DNA of 64,000 bases, taken from Ylistrum balloti (taxonomy: Eukaryota). Below are positions 51,268 through 63,739 of the stretch, in pieces. A program made the position numbers and the translations under genes. The notes under the pieces were generated by a model that saw nothing but the letters and a program-made list of their open reading frames with translations, was not told where the DNA came from and did not search any database. Position 1 is the stretch's first letter. Every line of letters starts with the position of its first letter. The DNA lies in the NCBI RefSeq assembly GCF_031769215.1, contig NW_026781915.1, forward strand, positions 3,410,001 through 3,474,000, in the 5' to 3' direction.

Positions 51268-54200
51268 TTAAACACGATTCACCTGTAATTTGATGGGGAG
51301 AGGCCCTGCCTCCTGGTCCTGTGGAAAACTCAGCTTGATACCCATAGCCTCCAGCTCTTTCAAATATTCCAGATCTCCATTGATACTTAATTTCTGTAGA
51401 AACAGAAAAATCACATATAACAGGTCAGAGGTCATAGATGTACTTAATTAAACTATATGGTAAACAACAGGTCAGAGGTCATAGATGTACTTTATTAAAC
51501 TACATGGTAAACAACAAGTCCCTTTTTTAATTCTTCAGGAGCATTGTTAGAGTATTCAAAATGACTTCGTTTATCAGAAACATTTTGTGTTGCACTGAAA
51601 TGAACAGGACACCCAATTGGCCTGCAGTGCTCACCTGGTTTATATATTTATTTTTTTAAAAAGTACATTTGACAAACTTAAAAAGTGGATATTCATTATG
51701 TAAATAAACAAACACAATAGTTACTGTTGAACTTCATTTGTACTAATTAAAGATCATCAGATATGTTGCATGAATCAATTTGTACAGGAAATAAAATTTG
51801 TGATGAGTGATTTGAGTATTGTATTGTGACATTTAACTCCACAACAAAACCAAAACAGAAAAATCGATTGAAGATTCTTAAATTAATACCATGAACTATT
51901 TCTGAACAGATATTGCATATCGTATAATCATAATTTGTAAATTAAGGGATGCATATCAAAGAAAAAGGACAACATCTCTGTAAATTGGAGTTTGAAATGG
52001 CTTAATTTTAAACTACACATCCAATGTCATTGATACTTTCGAGTTCCCTGTGTGTACAGGGTCCAATAATAAAACAGTCACCAGTCTGGCTTCATCCTAG
52101 AAAATTAGTAGCCAAATATCATGCCTCTTGGCATTTTAGTCCATGTGAAGAAGTCGTTTAAATGTTTTAACAAATCTGGCCCTTGACCTTGAATATAGGG
52201 CGAAGTATTTCTTTTCAAAAACTTTGTTGATCTTCATCCTAGTAACATACCAGCCAAATATCAAAACATTTGGTCCATAAGTTATTGAGAAGAAGCTGTT
52301 TACAGGAAAAAGTTGATGCCAGATGACAGACGGATGGCCAATGCTGCGCCATGGCATTTATTCTAACAACCAAATAGAAGTGCTGCACTATTTCAGGGGA
52401 AGAAAACATTATAAAACAAAAGTTTACAAGAGGGAACAAATTTTATGATCCTTTGGCACTGAGGATAGAGACAAAGGATTATACATCTGTGTCTAAAGTG
52501 ATATTCTTATGTGTATTTTTTATCGAAGTGGTACTAGCGTTGGTAAGACATCTCATTCCCATTCTATAAGGAATGTATAAAGTGAAACAAAAAGGGAATT
52601 AAGAAACATATTGAAAAGACATGAAAATTAGGGAATTAGCCATGACAAATAGAGACAAGATGAAAAGAATGTAAGACAGAAGAGGAGTGTCAGAACATGT
52701 ACCAGTATTGCTTATTGATCATACCAATAACAAAAATATGAAGCTAAAGCAACAAAAACTATTTATAAATGGTCACATATTTCAACAATGCTTTAATAGC
52801 TTTACTCACCTGACTTTCAGTTTTGACCCTCTGATCAGGTGCGGTGACCGTGGCAGCTAAACACAACCAAATCATCATGACCGCACAAGATAGAAGTAGT
52901 AAGCTAAGGAAGAGGCGAGGAAGGCCAGTTTTACGTGACACACATGTTAACCAGTCACCTGACCGCTGGGCTTCAGGATCACGCAAGTCTAACTCAGGAT
53001 CACTACGCAGGGGATGCATCTGTGAGCTCCTCAGCATTGGTGTGGCTGACCTATCCAAGGGCTGCATGTTGGTCTCAAGGTAGTTAGCTGTGTTGTACTC
53101 TGCAAAAAAAATGTAAGATGCATTACACACTTACCAACAAAGTATCTACCTAACCTGCTTTCCCATAATTTGTCTACCAAATGTGGTCCATCTGAAGTTG
53201 ACTTCAGGAAGATTTTAGTCTCAATGCTGACAGCATAAAGGATGTCTATGTTTTCCTTAGTATACACAATAGCAACTGAAAACAAATATGATTCTGAGGA
53301 TTTACGTTATCACTGTGAAGCAGTCACAAAATATTAGAATTACAGACCATTATTACAGATTGTAATATCCAGCATGTGTCGCAATGATATATATTTGATA
53401 GTTAAGATTTCTCCTTTCCTAAAAAAGGTGTGAAAATTTAAAACAAAAACTTGATACTGAGTTCTGATGGCAGAAAATCAAGTTAAAACATGTTAAAATT
53501 AAACAAGAGCATCAAAATTGCTGTGACATCACTTCTACACTTGAAACGGATCAAGACAGTTTATAACATCAATGAATTTTATTTGATGCAAAATTAAAAT
53601 CTTGGTGTAAAATTTGAAAAAGAACCTTAATAACACACCCAGACCTCTTAAGATTGTTATATAATAAATAGAAGGGTTTTGAAATGTGGATTATAAGAAG
53701 TCTTTCAAAAACACGCCCTAAAACTTTTAAGGGAAACCCTATAAAAATGTATATTGGGACTAAAAAAGATTATAACAAGTCTTAAACTGCTGTTATATCC
53801 TTCCTTGATCTCTGCTAATGTTGATGCTAGAAGGATAATGTAAGCCAATGATAATTTGAAACTGATGAGGTTAATAAGAGCAATCAATAATTGTGTGACT
53901 TATTATATCTGTTGTTCAATTAGTCAGTAAGGATTTTCAAGCTACTTATTTATTCTTTGTATTGGGACTTGCTCGTTATGTCTGCTGGTGTCAGCACTGT
54001 CCATTAATGTTCTAGATCTACATAAAATCTCCTTCATGCAATAATGCTCCAGACCAAATTGATCCAACTACTGAACCATAAGACTTAAAGCATCTCCATG
54101 GAAAACTTAATGCACAGGTAAGCTAAACAGGAATGTCATTTTGATTTTGTCATAGTAGAGCTAAAGGTCCTAGAAAAGAATTTTGACCAATTACAATTAA

Positions 54201-57200
54201 CTATTTAAATGGGACAAACATCTACCAAAATTTCAAGTTATTGCTTGTCATTAAGTTATCATCTGCTGAAATGTTATCTATCCAATATTATTTGCTTAAG
54301 ACTGTCAGCTCACTGCCCAGCAGTACGTCTTTAAAATATGTTCAACTAGTCTCTCATTCTAGTGAAAACAGCTGATACAAATGGTACTGACCATCGTCCA
54401 GCTCGTCTCCCTCCAGGTCTGTGTAGAGCTGTGGCTCTGAACGCACCACTATCACCTTTCCATTATCTGACTGCATGTAGAATGACCAGCTTATGGACAT
54501 ACCATTGTAAACTTTGTCTATCATATTACTGTAGAGACTGTGTACATACATAAGAGGGTACAACACATGGATGTTGGGGTCGTCTATCTGAGCCTGAAAT
54601 GAGGATGAAAAAACATAAGATTTAGTCTTTTGAATAATGCAATGTGCATAAGTGGACACTTCATGCCATGACTTAGATAAGTCGAATTTCAAAAGGTTAA
54701 GAATACCAGTAAACCAAAAGTATTACAGTTAATGATGTGACAACAATCAGATATAATTGATTATATAATCAATTAATCTGATGGGATGATCGATTATAAT
54801 TTTTCATACTCAATCATTGGTACCTAAATATCTACATGTGTTTTAGCAAAATCAAAATTAATATTATGCATAATAAAGAGGTCAATTTCCAATAATTCTA
54901 GGTATTTTAAACTTAACAAAAAAAAAGAAAGAAAGAAAATGTTACTGCCACAGAGAATAAAAACATTTTCTATAAATATTGAACATACAGTCAGCTGATT
55001 ATAAAATCAATTAAATATATGGAAAAGCCTATCTGATTTTAAGATATAATTGATTATGGATTTAACTGTTTCCCATCACTAATTACAGTGTTGTTAACTG
55101 GAAACAGGAAAGTCTTACCATTTCCTGTTGTTTTTTGGCCTGGGGTATCTGGCTCTTACAGCCCAGTGAGCATGCATCATATTCTTCTGTCTTGTTGTAG
55201 GCCTCCTCACATGCTAAATACAGAAAAGAGTGTCACCATAAAACTGGGTGGATGTATTATCTACCAAAATAAAAACTTATTGTCAAACATCTCTAACTCC
55301 ACATTTAGACAATAACATGTTTGTATGTACAATAGATCCCAGAGAGATCTTTGTGCCCACCAATGTTTGGTCTTTTGTTCTTTAAAAGTTTACACATTTC
55401 CCTTCTTTCCTCTGCATTTGCTTTTAATTATTTGAAATTTGAAAGTTCCTCTAAGAAACTTTAACAAAAATAATCTTACAGTGTCAAATCCAAGATGGTT
55501 GCTTCTCCAACAATTTCAATTATTATAAATCAAAAAGGCGCAATTTAGAAGTAAAGGTAATCTTTGTTTAAAATTTGAGAAAAATGCAGACCACTGTCAA
55601 TTTTTTCTAGAAATATTGACTACAAACTTTCAATGTGACAATCTATGATGGCTGCCAATCAACTGTTTTGATTCTTTTATCTGTTCAAAAATCAAAATAG
55701 GCAAAAAGGGACAAGGGAAACATACATAGGAAATTTTAGAATGATTCATAAAGTTTTTCTGAAGCAATAACAATAACAAGCTTTCAAAATGAAAATCTAT
55801 GACAGCTGCCTATCTGCCATTTCTTTCTTTTTTTTATCAGTTCCAAAATCAAAAAGGTACAACAAGGCACCAAGTGAAACTGACATATACCAATTAAGAA
55901 AGCTCCATCTAGTTCTTCTCAAGAAATATTAATAACAAACTTTAATTGTCAACATCCAAGATGGCCACCTGTCAGCCAATTTGTTTTTCTGATCACTTCC
56001 AAAATCAAAATGGCAAAACTTGAGACTAAAGGGAAGTTACTGATGAAATTTGAAAAAAAAAATTTAATAATTCTCAAGAAACAGTGATGACAAGGTCGGA
56101 AAGTACTTGGGACAACTGAATGTTTTGGGGGGTTTTCTTACCAATTAAATGAAACTGACAAAGGTGAACCTATGCACTGCTGAAGAATATACATATTCTA
56201 TTTTTTTTACACTGAAAATTCAAACCCAGATTTCTCTTACCAATATCATCCTAAAATATTTGATCTGGATAAACTTACATGATATACAGCCTTTCTGTGT
56301 AAGATTGAAACTACACTCATGGTCATATATAAGCTCCATTATGGAGAAAAATCTGCATCCTCTTCTGCAGCTTTCCACAAGGTAACTCTGAAATGAAATT
56401 ACAGGTAGTATATAGGTAAATGATTCAAAGTCACAGTTGCATATTATTGCAAAGTTTTAATGTGTCATTTGCCTGTCCGTCTAGACAGTATTTTACTGGA
56501 CTGATGACAGAGAGAATAGTTTCCAAAATATGAGTGAGTCCCACAGGAAGAGTATAAGTCTAGAATTCAGATATCGGAGTCCCAAAAACACTGATGGACT
56601 TTCTCAAGGACCCGGTAACCCCCTTCAAGCTAACATGTAAAACTGATCAAGTTATTTCACAACAAAAATATCATTATTAATAATATTTTTGCTGAAAAAT
56701 AAATGCATTTAGTTTTGTTTAGTTATCAGAGGATTTAAATACTTCAAGAAGTTGATGGGGAAATTTTATGAAAATTGGAGTTCAATGTGTTACATTTGCT
56801 TCATAGCCCAGATTCTTCCTAATTACTTAGGTATATGAATAATCTAGTGTCTTATCAACAAAACAATGGTGAGATTTACTAAATCACTGACGTGGAACAC
56901 ATAGGCCATGGTGCAATGTCGACATTTATATATACACAAATCGTTGTCGCAGCGTCAACACATACAAATACGAATACATTAAGTGAATAGGTGATCACTT
57001 GACCTTCTGGTATTAGTGTCAAACGCAGAACTACATTAATGAACAATCCGTCAATCGTGCAATTTTATGCACAATTCACTTCCCATATGATTACCCTTGT
57101 AGTACCTTTTCGTATGTATGAGGAGAATACGTATTTGAACAAACGTCCACACAAGTAGTGATGTCGTCTAAAACTCCGTCCAGCATGCCACCTGACGAAA

Positions 57201-57255
57201 AGCTTATGCATAAGAAACATAAAAAGAGGAACGAAAGTTCTTTCAACTTCGCCAT
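51268..57255 (-). CDS. TMEM59: Transmembrane protein 59 family (TMEM59/TMEM59L, BSMAP domain), complete, 323 aa
   Basis: Exons 57255-57106 (signal peptide; CVDVCSNTYSPHTYEK), 56387-56279 (SCRRGCRFFSI), 55213-55119 (CEEAY...ACSLGC), 54593-54392 (SWSFYMQSDNGKVIVVRSEP), 53099-52810 (DWLTCVS + TM helix) and 51393-51268 (KLSINGDLEYL...EAGPLPIKL). Phases are consistent; total 972 nt. Confidence 0.93.
51960..52370 (-). mobile_element. HINE/MITE-like fragment in TMEM59 intron 5
   Basis: Contains CCCTTGACCTTGAA and GACAGACGGATGG (reverse GTCY microsatellite) motifs typical of mollusc HINE-type repeats. Confidence 0.4.
55484..56110. repeat. Four diverged tandem units of about 155 bp (satellite/MITE-internal repeat)
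   Basis: ATCCAAGATGG(C/T)-like anchors near 55490, 55641, 55796 and 55954, each followed by TTCCAAAATCAAAA-like and AAGGGAAA-like blocks. Confidence 0.6.
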
Positions 57256-57277
57256 CTTGGTGCGGCTTTATGTTTTG

Positions 57278-57287
57278 ATCACGTGAT
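57278..57287. promoter_or_regulatory. Palindromic E-box ATCACGTGAT (MiT/TFE-USF/CLEAR-type) at the TMEM59 start
   Basis: Perfect 10-bp palindrome 23 nt upstream of the TMEM59 ATG. The ATG itself lies in CAAGATGGCG, a YY1-type motif. Confidence 0.5.
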
Positions 57288-57879
57288 AATTCAAGGGAGA
57301 TAGTGACATATTGGAGTTAGCTCCCTTCAAACATGTTTACGTCCCGTTGATGTTCTGATTAAAAATTGAAAACAATGGTAACAAAACAATCTATCTCTTC
57401 TATTCCTCTCATTTTTTGTATTCATTTTAATACACAATTGGTATGCATCCAGAGTAATTTGGTTTGCACATACATAATTGATATGCCGACAATTGTCCGT
57501 TTTGGTGGTAAATAGTGAGTAAAACATCCCCCATATCTGAAGTTTTTAATTTGTTCTTGTCATTATAAAATGACGTTTCGGATTTAGAATGTAACTCATC
57601 CTAATTCTGCCGGTATTTTACAACTTTGCCTGTAATTCTAGGTATTAAACGGAAGGCGCGCATTTTTATACGAAAAATGCATCTTCGGCTATCTATCATC
57701 CAGTATGGAATTTTGAACTTGTATTACAATCAGCACATTACACACCCCCGCACATGATAGTGCTTCTTTATCAATACATATCCAGGTGTTTTTTATGACA
57801 CATCCATGCAAATTAACGGACGAATGTTTTTATTTTCTGCACATCAGATTGGTGTGCCGATCCCAATGGTCTAGCAGAA

Positions 57880-58760
57880 TTGCGCTGTTTGATAGTGTTT
57901 GACATGGTAGGTTAGTTTTGGACTTGATGGTTTTCTGTGGATTATGTTGCTGGACAGTTTTCATAAGTTCACTTTTAAAATATTACCACATTGAATTTGC
58001 ATCCCATTCATTATTTGTTAACCTATAGTTATAAACATCCTCAAGTGTAATTTGATAGAATTCCAATTATCATTTTTGTATAATGGGATTTTTCTTGGTT
58101 TTGAACAAGTTTTTTGGGTGTGAGAGTAAATTCAACAAAGACGATGTTATGGTCAGACATGCCAGGGATGATTTCAGTACGGGACACTTGATTAAGAGAA
58201 TTTGTTATGACCATATCTATGGTATATCATTTCGGGTCGGTTCTTCGACGACTTGAGTTAGACGAGTGTCGTCCAATAAATTTGAAAAGTCATAGTGGAT
58301 TTTACGTTTGGCAAGTCAGTTTGGGTTTAAGAACTTTGTACTTCCAGTCCCAGCCTGGAAGATTGAAGTCTCCACCTATTATAAGGGCTGCATTTCTCAA
58401 TTTACAGGCCTCGTTTACCGAACCAATGAATGATTTCGTGCTATCTTCGTCAGAGGTCTTAGGATGGTAAAAAGAGCTGACGTAAAGAGTTTTACTCCCG
58501 ACTATCTTACCTTTAGCCCGTACCATTTCACATGAGCTGGTAGGTATAAGATTGTGTACCTCATCACTAATAAGTTCTTTCTTTATTGCAATGAGAACAC
58601 CTCCGCCATCTTTGCTGTTATCACACTTTTTACGATCGTTTCGAGGCATTTGTAACTCAAAGGAAATATTTCTGAGTTTTTATATTTGGGTTGAGCCAAG
58701 TCTGTGCCAATGACAATGTCTGGCATGGGGCTATCTAGGATATTGCAGAGATGATGTTGT
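57880..58760 (-). mobile_element. Decayed non-LTR retrotransposon (LINE) ORF2 fragment: APE endonuclease and linker
   Basis: Frames read PDIVIGT(E), SEIFP, RNDR...GGGVLIAIKKEL, LYVSSFYHP, IIGGDFNLPGWDW, LTQVVEEPTR, IDMVITN, IIPGMSDHNIVFVEF. These are the Exo_endo_phos motifs of LINE ORF2, broken by frameshifts. Confidence 0.88.
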
Positions 58761-59090
58761 CTATTTTGAATTGATTGGAAATTTATATTTAAAAAATTCT
58801 TAGTGGTCTATTTTGTTATTTTTTATCTCTCTCTTTTTCATACGAACAGGGGAGGATGAATGGAGTGGTTTGTGATGGAGAACACCAGTACTTGTGTTTG
58901 TACTAGAATTACCCAAGTCGTCAAGACTAGATAGTGTATTAAAATGATTTGATGTACTTATGCCATGAAGATCAAACAAAATATGGCTGCAGTTAGACTG
59001 ATTACATATAAGGCAATGTCAGCTGATGTCACTTACATATTGTATTAATAAAGAGTATGAATTTATAAAACTGCTATTAAAACAGTTTTA

Positions 59091-59427
59091 GACACAATTA
59101 AGTTGAAGAAAAGCAATTAGCAGTCCACTCTCTGTAATGAAAATTAATGAAAAATATGAATTGGCCATCCGTTTCTATGCTAATATTGTCAATTGAATGC
59201 GCATAACGTGCAGCTATGGAGGCCATACTGCGTTGCGCATGCGCAGATTTCTCGCTTTAGATGAACGATTTTGACGATAGATTATAAGCGACATTTCAGA
59301 AAAATATTGATATATCGTTTTATAGGAAACCATTCCAAAATGTTAATGAATAAAGTTAACATTTCTTCATTACAGATATATATATGTTTTTTTTCAGTTT
59401 TTTTTTCATATGAAAATTAGTTGTGTC
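59091..59427. mobile_element. MITE-like element of about 337 bp
   Basis: Inverted ends GACACAATTAA (59091-59101) and TTAGTTGTGTC (59417-59427), 10/11 match. Confidence 0.45.
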
Positions 59428-59909
59428 CATTTTAGTTAAATCTTGCACATGAATCCCCTTCATAGCCTTACCAAATTTGTAACAAAACGATTATTTTGAC
59501 AACTTCAATGAAAAGCAATATTACGAAAATATCTCCAAATATATTCCTCTGACTATCAAGTATAGTAAGTTTCCAACACATTGATATAACTTTGACAAAT
59601 TTTCTCAGTCCCATCGCTGTACAGGTAAGCACGGCATCAATGTACGTGTATCGATGAGTCATTAGGACGGATTGCTATTTACATACGTTGTTACATTGCT
59701 TTCTGATCAAAGCACCTTTGATATCTGTGGAATAAAGGATTTCATATGTAAATAAGGAAATAAATAATCAAATTTAAGCATTTCCGTATAGCGGCTATAA
59801 TCAAAACAGTTCACAGTATGTGAATATCAACAATCACTGAACTTTATTTTAATGTCTCGGTTATTTTTTCTTCGTTTATTTATCTATAAGCTTGCCACGC
59901 TATACATTT

Positions 59910-59935
59910 CGCGCGCGCGCGCACACACACACACA
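59910..59935. repeat. (CG)n(CA)n microsatellite
   Basis: CGCGCGCGCGCGCACACACACACACA, an alternating purine-pyrimidine tract. Confidence 0.9.
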
Positions 59936-61945
59936 TAATGCAATTTAAAAGGCAGATGTACAGTTTACGACTGACATTTGTAACCATTGGTGTGGATATA
60001 TACTCACCGATTCACTTACAGTAAATAACAACAATAATGACCAATCATGAAAGCACTATTGAAGAAGAGTACAATGTATATACTATGTCGACGTTGATAA
60101 TTACATGTACAATCATTTTAACGAGAAGTGTACGATGCAAACATGATATTATATCAAAGACATTCATTCATTCATTACCTGCCTGTAGAAAATGTTCCAA
60201 ATAAGAAATAAATGATAAAAAAAAGATGGTCAGTTTGTCTGTTAATGGTATGTATGTGAAAATCTAAATATGCAAGAGGCATACCAAATACATGGTACGT
60301 TAGACCCTTTTGTCATTGTGTCCACTTGAGGAAGGAAATAAAGTATATTATTTTCAGTTATTAGTTATAGAAGGCACCGATGTACTTATATAACATGATT
60401 GAATATATAATTCTGTATGTTTCAGCAGAGGTCAGTGTTACGCGTGCCAATTTTCACCATGTATACTGTATTTGAAGTAATTAGTATTGCATAGTAATTA
60501 ATCTTTTGCCTTTATTTTTACCGAATTGCAGATTGTATTTAATTAATTAGTAGTAAATAATTAGTTTATTTGTCACACTCTTTAAATAGTGGAAAGGATT
60601 TCACTAATTGAACAATAAAGAAATTATTTTCATTGACAAGTTAACATAAAACTATCACAGTACATTACTTAGTGGTGACATTGTGTAAGGTACTCCCAAG
60701 CCTCTACTGGTGCATTTTGATGGTTTTTATAGTAGATGCGTTGTAACGAGTTTCTAGTTCAGAAAATTTTTAAACGTCTTTGCTGGTAATTCAAGCAATA
60801 ATATTCTTAAAATGAAATTCTTAATTATACAACTTCAATAGGTGAAAGACCTTTGACTCGTTTCTGTACACGTTTACCACTCCAGTTATTAAGCACCTGT
60901 GTCTTAATCAAGATCGACGGTAGCGATAAACCATTATTGCAAATGGAGTTTTTAAAATGTAATCGTTACACCTATTATCACCGTTCAGGTGTTTACGAAG
61001 CTGTCAGTACTGCCACGTACACTGACAACCTGTAGACGTGGACTCGCGTGGCAAGGGGCTCACTATCTCATATATTGTAAACATACATCATCCCTGAAAA
61101 TAAACAGTGCTTAGCATGTAATAGTGATTTTTTTTCTCGCTTAAAAGAAAATGTCCTCTCTGTATCCTCGTGCACTATATATTCGTAAGTATTTGATTTA
61201 TCAAGTAACAAAAGAGAACACAGAAATTTCATTTAAATTTAAACATATTTTCTTGAAACTCCAAAAACGACTTATGTAAAGCCCTTTCCTACCGACACCA
61301 AACAACAATATAAGTACTTTTTGAAGATGGCCGCAAGAATTACTCTGTCAGTTACAAATTGCTCCCTGCTCGCGCAAAGGGAAGTATTTGTTCATCATAT
61401 TTCGTGCTACATAACCCTCCCCTAGAATTATACATTACACTCATTGTAAAGGTAATAATAACAGTTTTAATTTACATATCTGAGTGTATTAATATACGGT
61501 GTTTATGCTTAAAATTGTTTAATGAACGTATTAGGTTTCAAGTTTTCAGTGTACGGTTATGGTAATGGCCAGCTCCAGACGTCTATTATTTGAATTAGAA
61601 ATAGTCATCGAAATTTATTATTTTTTTATGAGTTTCAGATTGAATAACGACATTTCAATTCAATATTTTATAATATGTAGATACTTTTGAAGTGTAGGTC
61701 AGTGTTTTGGTGGCACTTAGTTAGTGAAGTTAGTTACCTGACTATATCGAATGTATCACTTGTTACTTAAAAAGAGACAAGGCCATATATTACTCTGTTA
61801 TACGTCCCTCGATAAATGCTAAGCAAAACTTATATATTCTATGTTTATGGGGAGGTCGTATATGTTTATACACAGAAGTGACGAACACACCCGAGTATTG
61901 TCGACCGAATGATATTCGGGCACCTGTCAGTGCCCCGTCGAAGAG

Positions 61946-61994
61946 CGTGGTGAGATTTTATTGGCTGAAAGTTAGCCAATCGAAGCCTTCCATC
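61946..61994. promoter_or_regulatory. ER stress response element(s) in the calreticulin promoter
   Basis: CGTGG-TGAGATTTT-ATTGG (61946-61964) is the exact reverse complement of ERSE-I CCAAT-N9-CCACG. An opposed CCAAT-N9-CCATC lies at 61976-61994, GTCACGTG at about 62001 and a TATA-like TTATAA at about 62026. Confidence 0.8.
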
Positions 61995-62064
61995 TGGCTT
62001 GTCACGTGTATAGCCGGCATTTTCATTATAACAAGCTGGACAGTTGTGAGAAGATCTTGAAAGG

Positions 62065-63739
62065 ATGAAAACGTGTTTGTGTCTGCTGGCGTTGGCCGGA
62101 GTTGTTTTCTCCGAGCCAACTACAGTGTTCAGAGAAGAATTCACAGATGGTAAGAAGTTATTTCTTGATGATAACCTTTTTAATTTATATTTTTTTTCGT
62201 AACAAATCGACCATGTGCGCAAGATCTTGTCAAATGTCAATACCATTAATGTTTATCACTTAACAGAAATGTCAAAGCATATACTATTTAGGCTTTATAT
62301 CCGTTACATTCCTGAGAGTTTCTAAGATTTGCTATGTATTGCAATTTTGTATCGGCGTTGTTACCGTAAAAGTTACCTCGAGGACTATGAGAACTTCAAA
62401 GTGCCCCTCCCACTTCATGTCTGGTGGAGCTGGCATCGTCGCTGTTATAGTTGTTCATTAGTATTGGAAATGCTAGCCGTTTAAAGACAGAGGACTTGAA
62501 CAGAAAGTATATGTATCTGCATATCAAAGTTATAAGATCTGACTTGAATTATACAGGAACGTGTTTCTATCAAAATCTAATCGTGGAATTTTTTGTTTTG
62601 CGAGTAAAGTTTTCTTTGGTCATGACTTGGGAGTGTAATTTACTACTGGTTCATTAATGCAACAAATAAATAAATTGCAGAAAAGTCGCAACAAAAGTTG
62701 TAAAGAGCATATTTGGTACATGTATAGAGTTCCTGTCGCCATTCAACACCACACCAATATATAGTTTTTTCATATGAATGTGCTTGAGAGGAGGCAGAAG
62801 GTGGGGGCAGACTACTTGTTCCAAGAACCATGTCTATTTTGCCATTAACATACATATAACTAGATATGTGAAGATCTTTAATTGTCTTTCCATTTTGGCA
62901 ACTGACATTTTCAAATAAGCAGACATAAACCACAAGTTACAATAACCAGTTCCAAAAGCATTATATTATGGCAAATCAGCCCAAGGAACTAAATGACATG
63001 TCGTAACTTTCAACAGAATAAAACATTTTCTGAAATCCTTTTGACATCTGATTGATGTCAGATGCCCAGAGGCAGATTTGTGGTTGTTGTGTCAATAGCT
63101 ACCAGGGATATAATTAATAATGGCATCAGCATGTTACCTGTTTGAAATCATTAGTTGGTATGCATCATATTACTTCAAGGATTATTGTAACCATGACTTT
63201 ATTATTACAGCTGACTGGGCAGATCGATGGGTAGATTCCAAACACAAGAGTGACCTTGGCAAGTTTGTCCTAAGTGCAGGATCATTTTATGGAGATGCTG
63301 AAAAGGACAAAGGTGTGTAATTATGTTCGACATTGTATCATTTGATTTATGTGAATGTAAAACAGTCTTGTATGAAAACTGTTACTAAATGCAAATAACA
63401 TGTACAATGTGATGATAGGAGCAGAAAAAAATGTGAAAATAAAAAATATGTATATTTCATACTTTAGTTTGCACAAATTGCCTGAAATTGGACATTGCAT
63501 TTTCAGCCTTTGTTATTTGTTATACACAACAGGTATCAAAACTTCTCAAGATGCACGTTTCTATGCAACGTCTGCAAAATTTGACAAGCCTTTTGACAAT
63601 GAAGGAAAGACTCTGGTTGTGCAGTTTACAGTCAAACATGAACAGAACATTGATTGTGGAGGAGGCTATGCTAAACTTTTCCCTTCTGAACTTGACCAGA
63701 CAAATATGCATGGAGATTCCCCATACGCAATCATGTTTG
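62065..63739 (+). CDS. CALR: Calreticulin, exons 1-3 (5' partial; continues beyond the window)
   Basis: Exons 62065-62149 (MKTCLCLLALAGVVFSEPTTVFREEFTD), 63211-63312 (RWVDSKHKSDLGKFVLSAGSFYGDAEKDK) and 63533-63739 (GIKTSQDARFYA...QFTVKHEQNIDCGGGYAKLFP...YAIMFG). All three introns are phase 1, at the positions known from vertebrate CALR. Confidence 0.97.
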
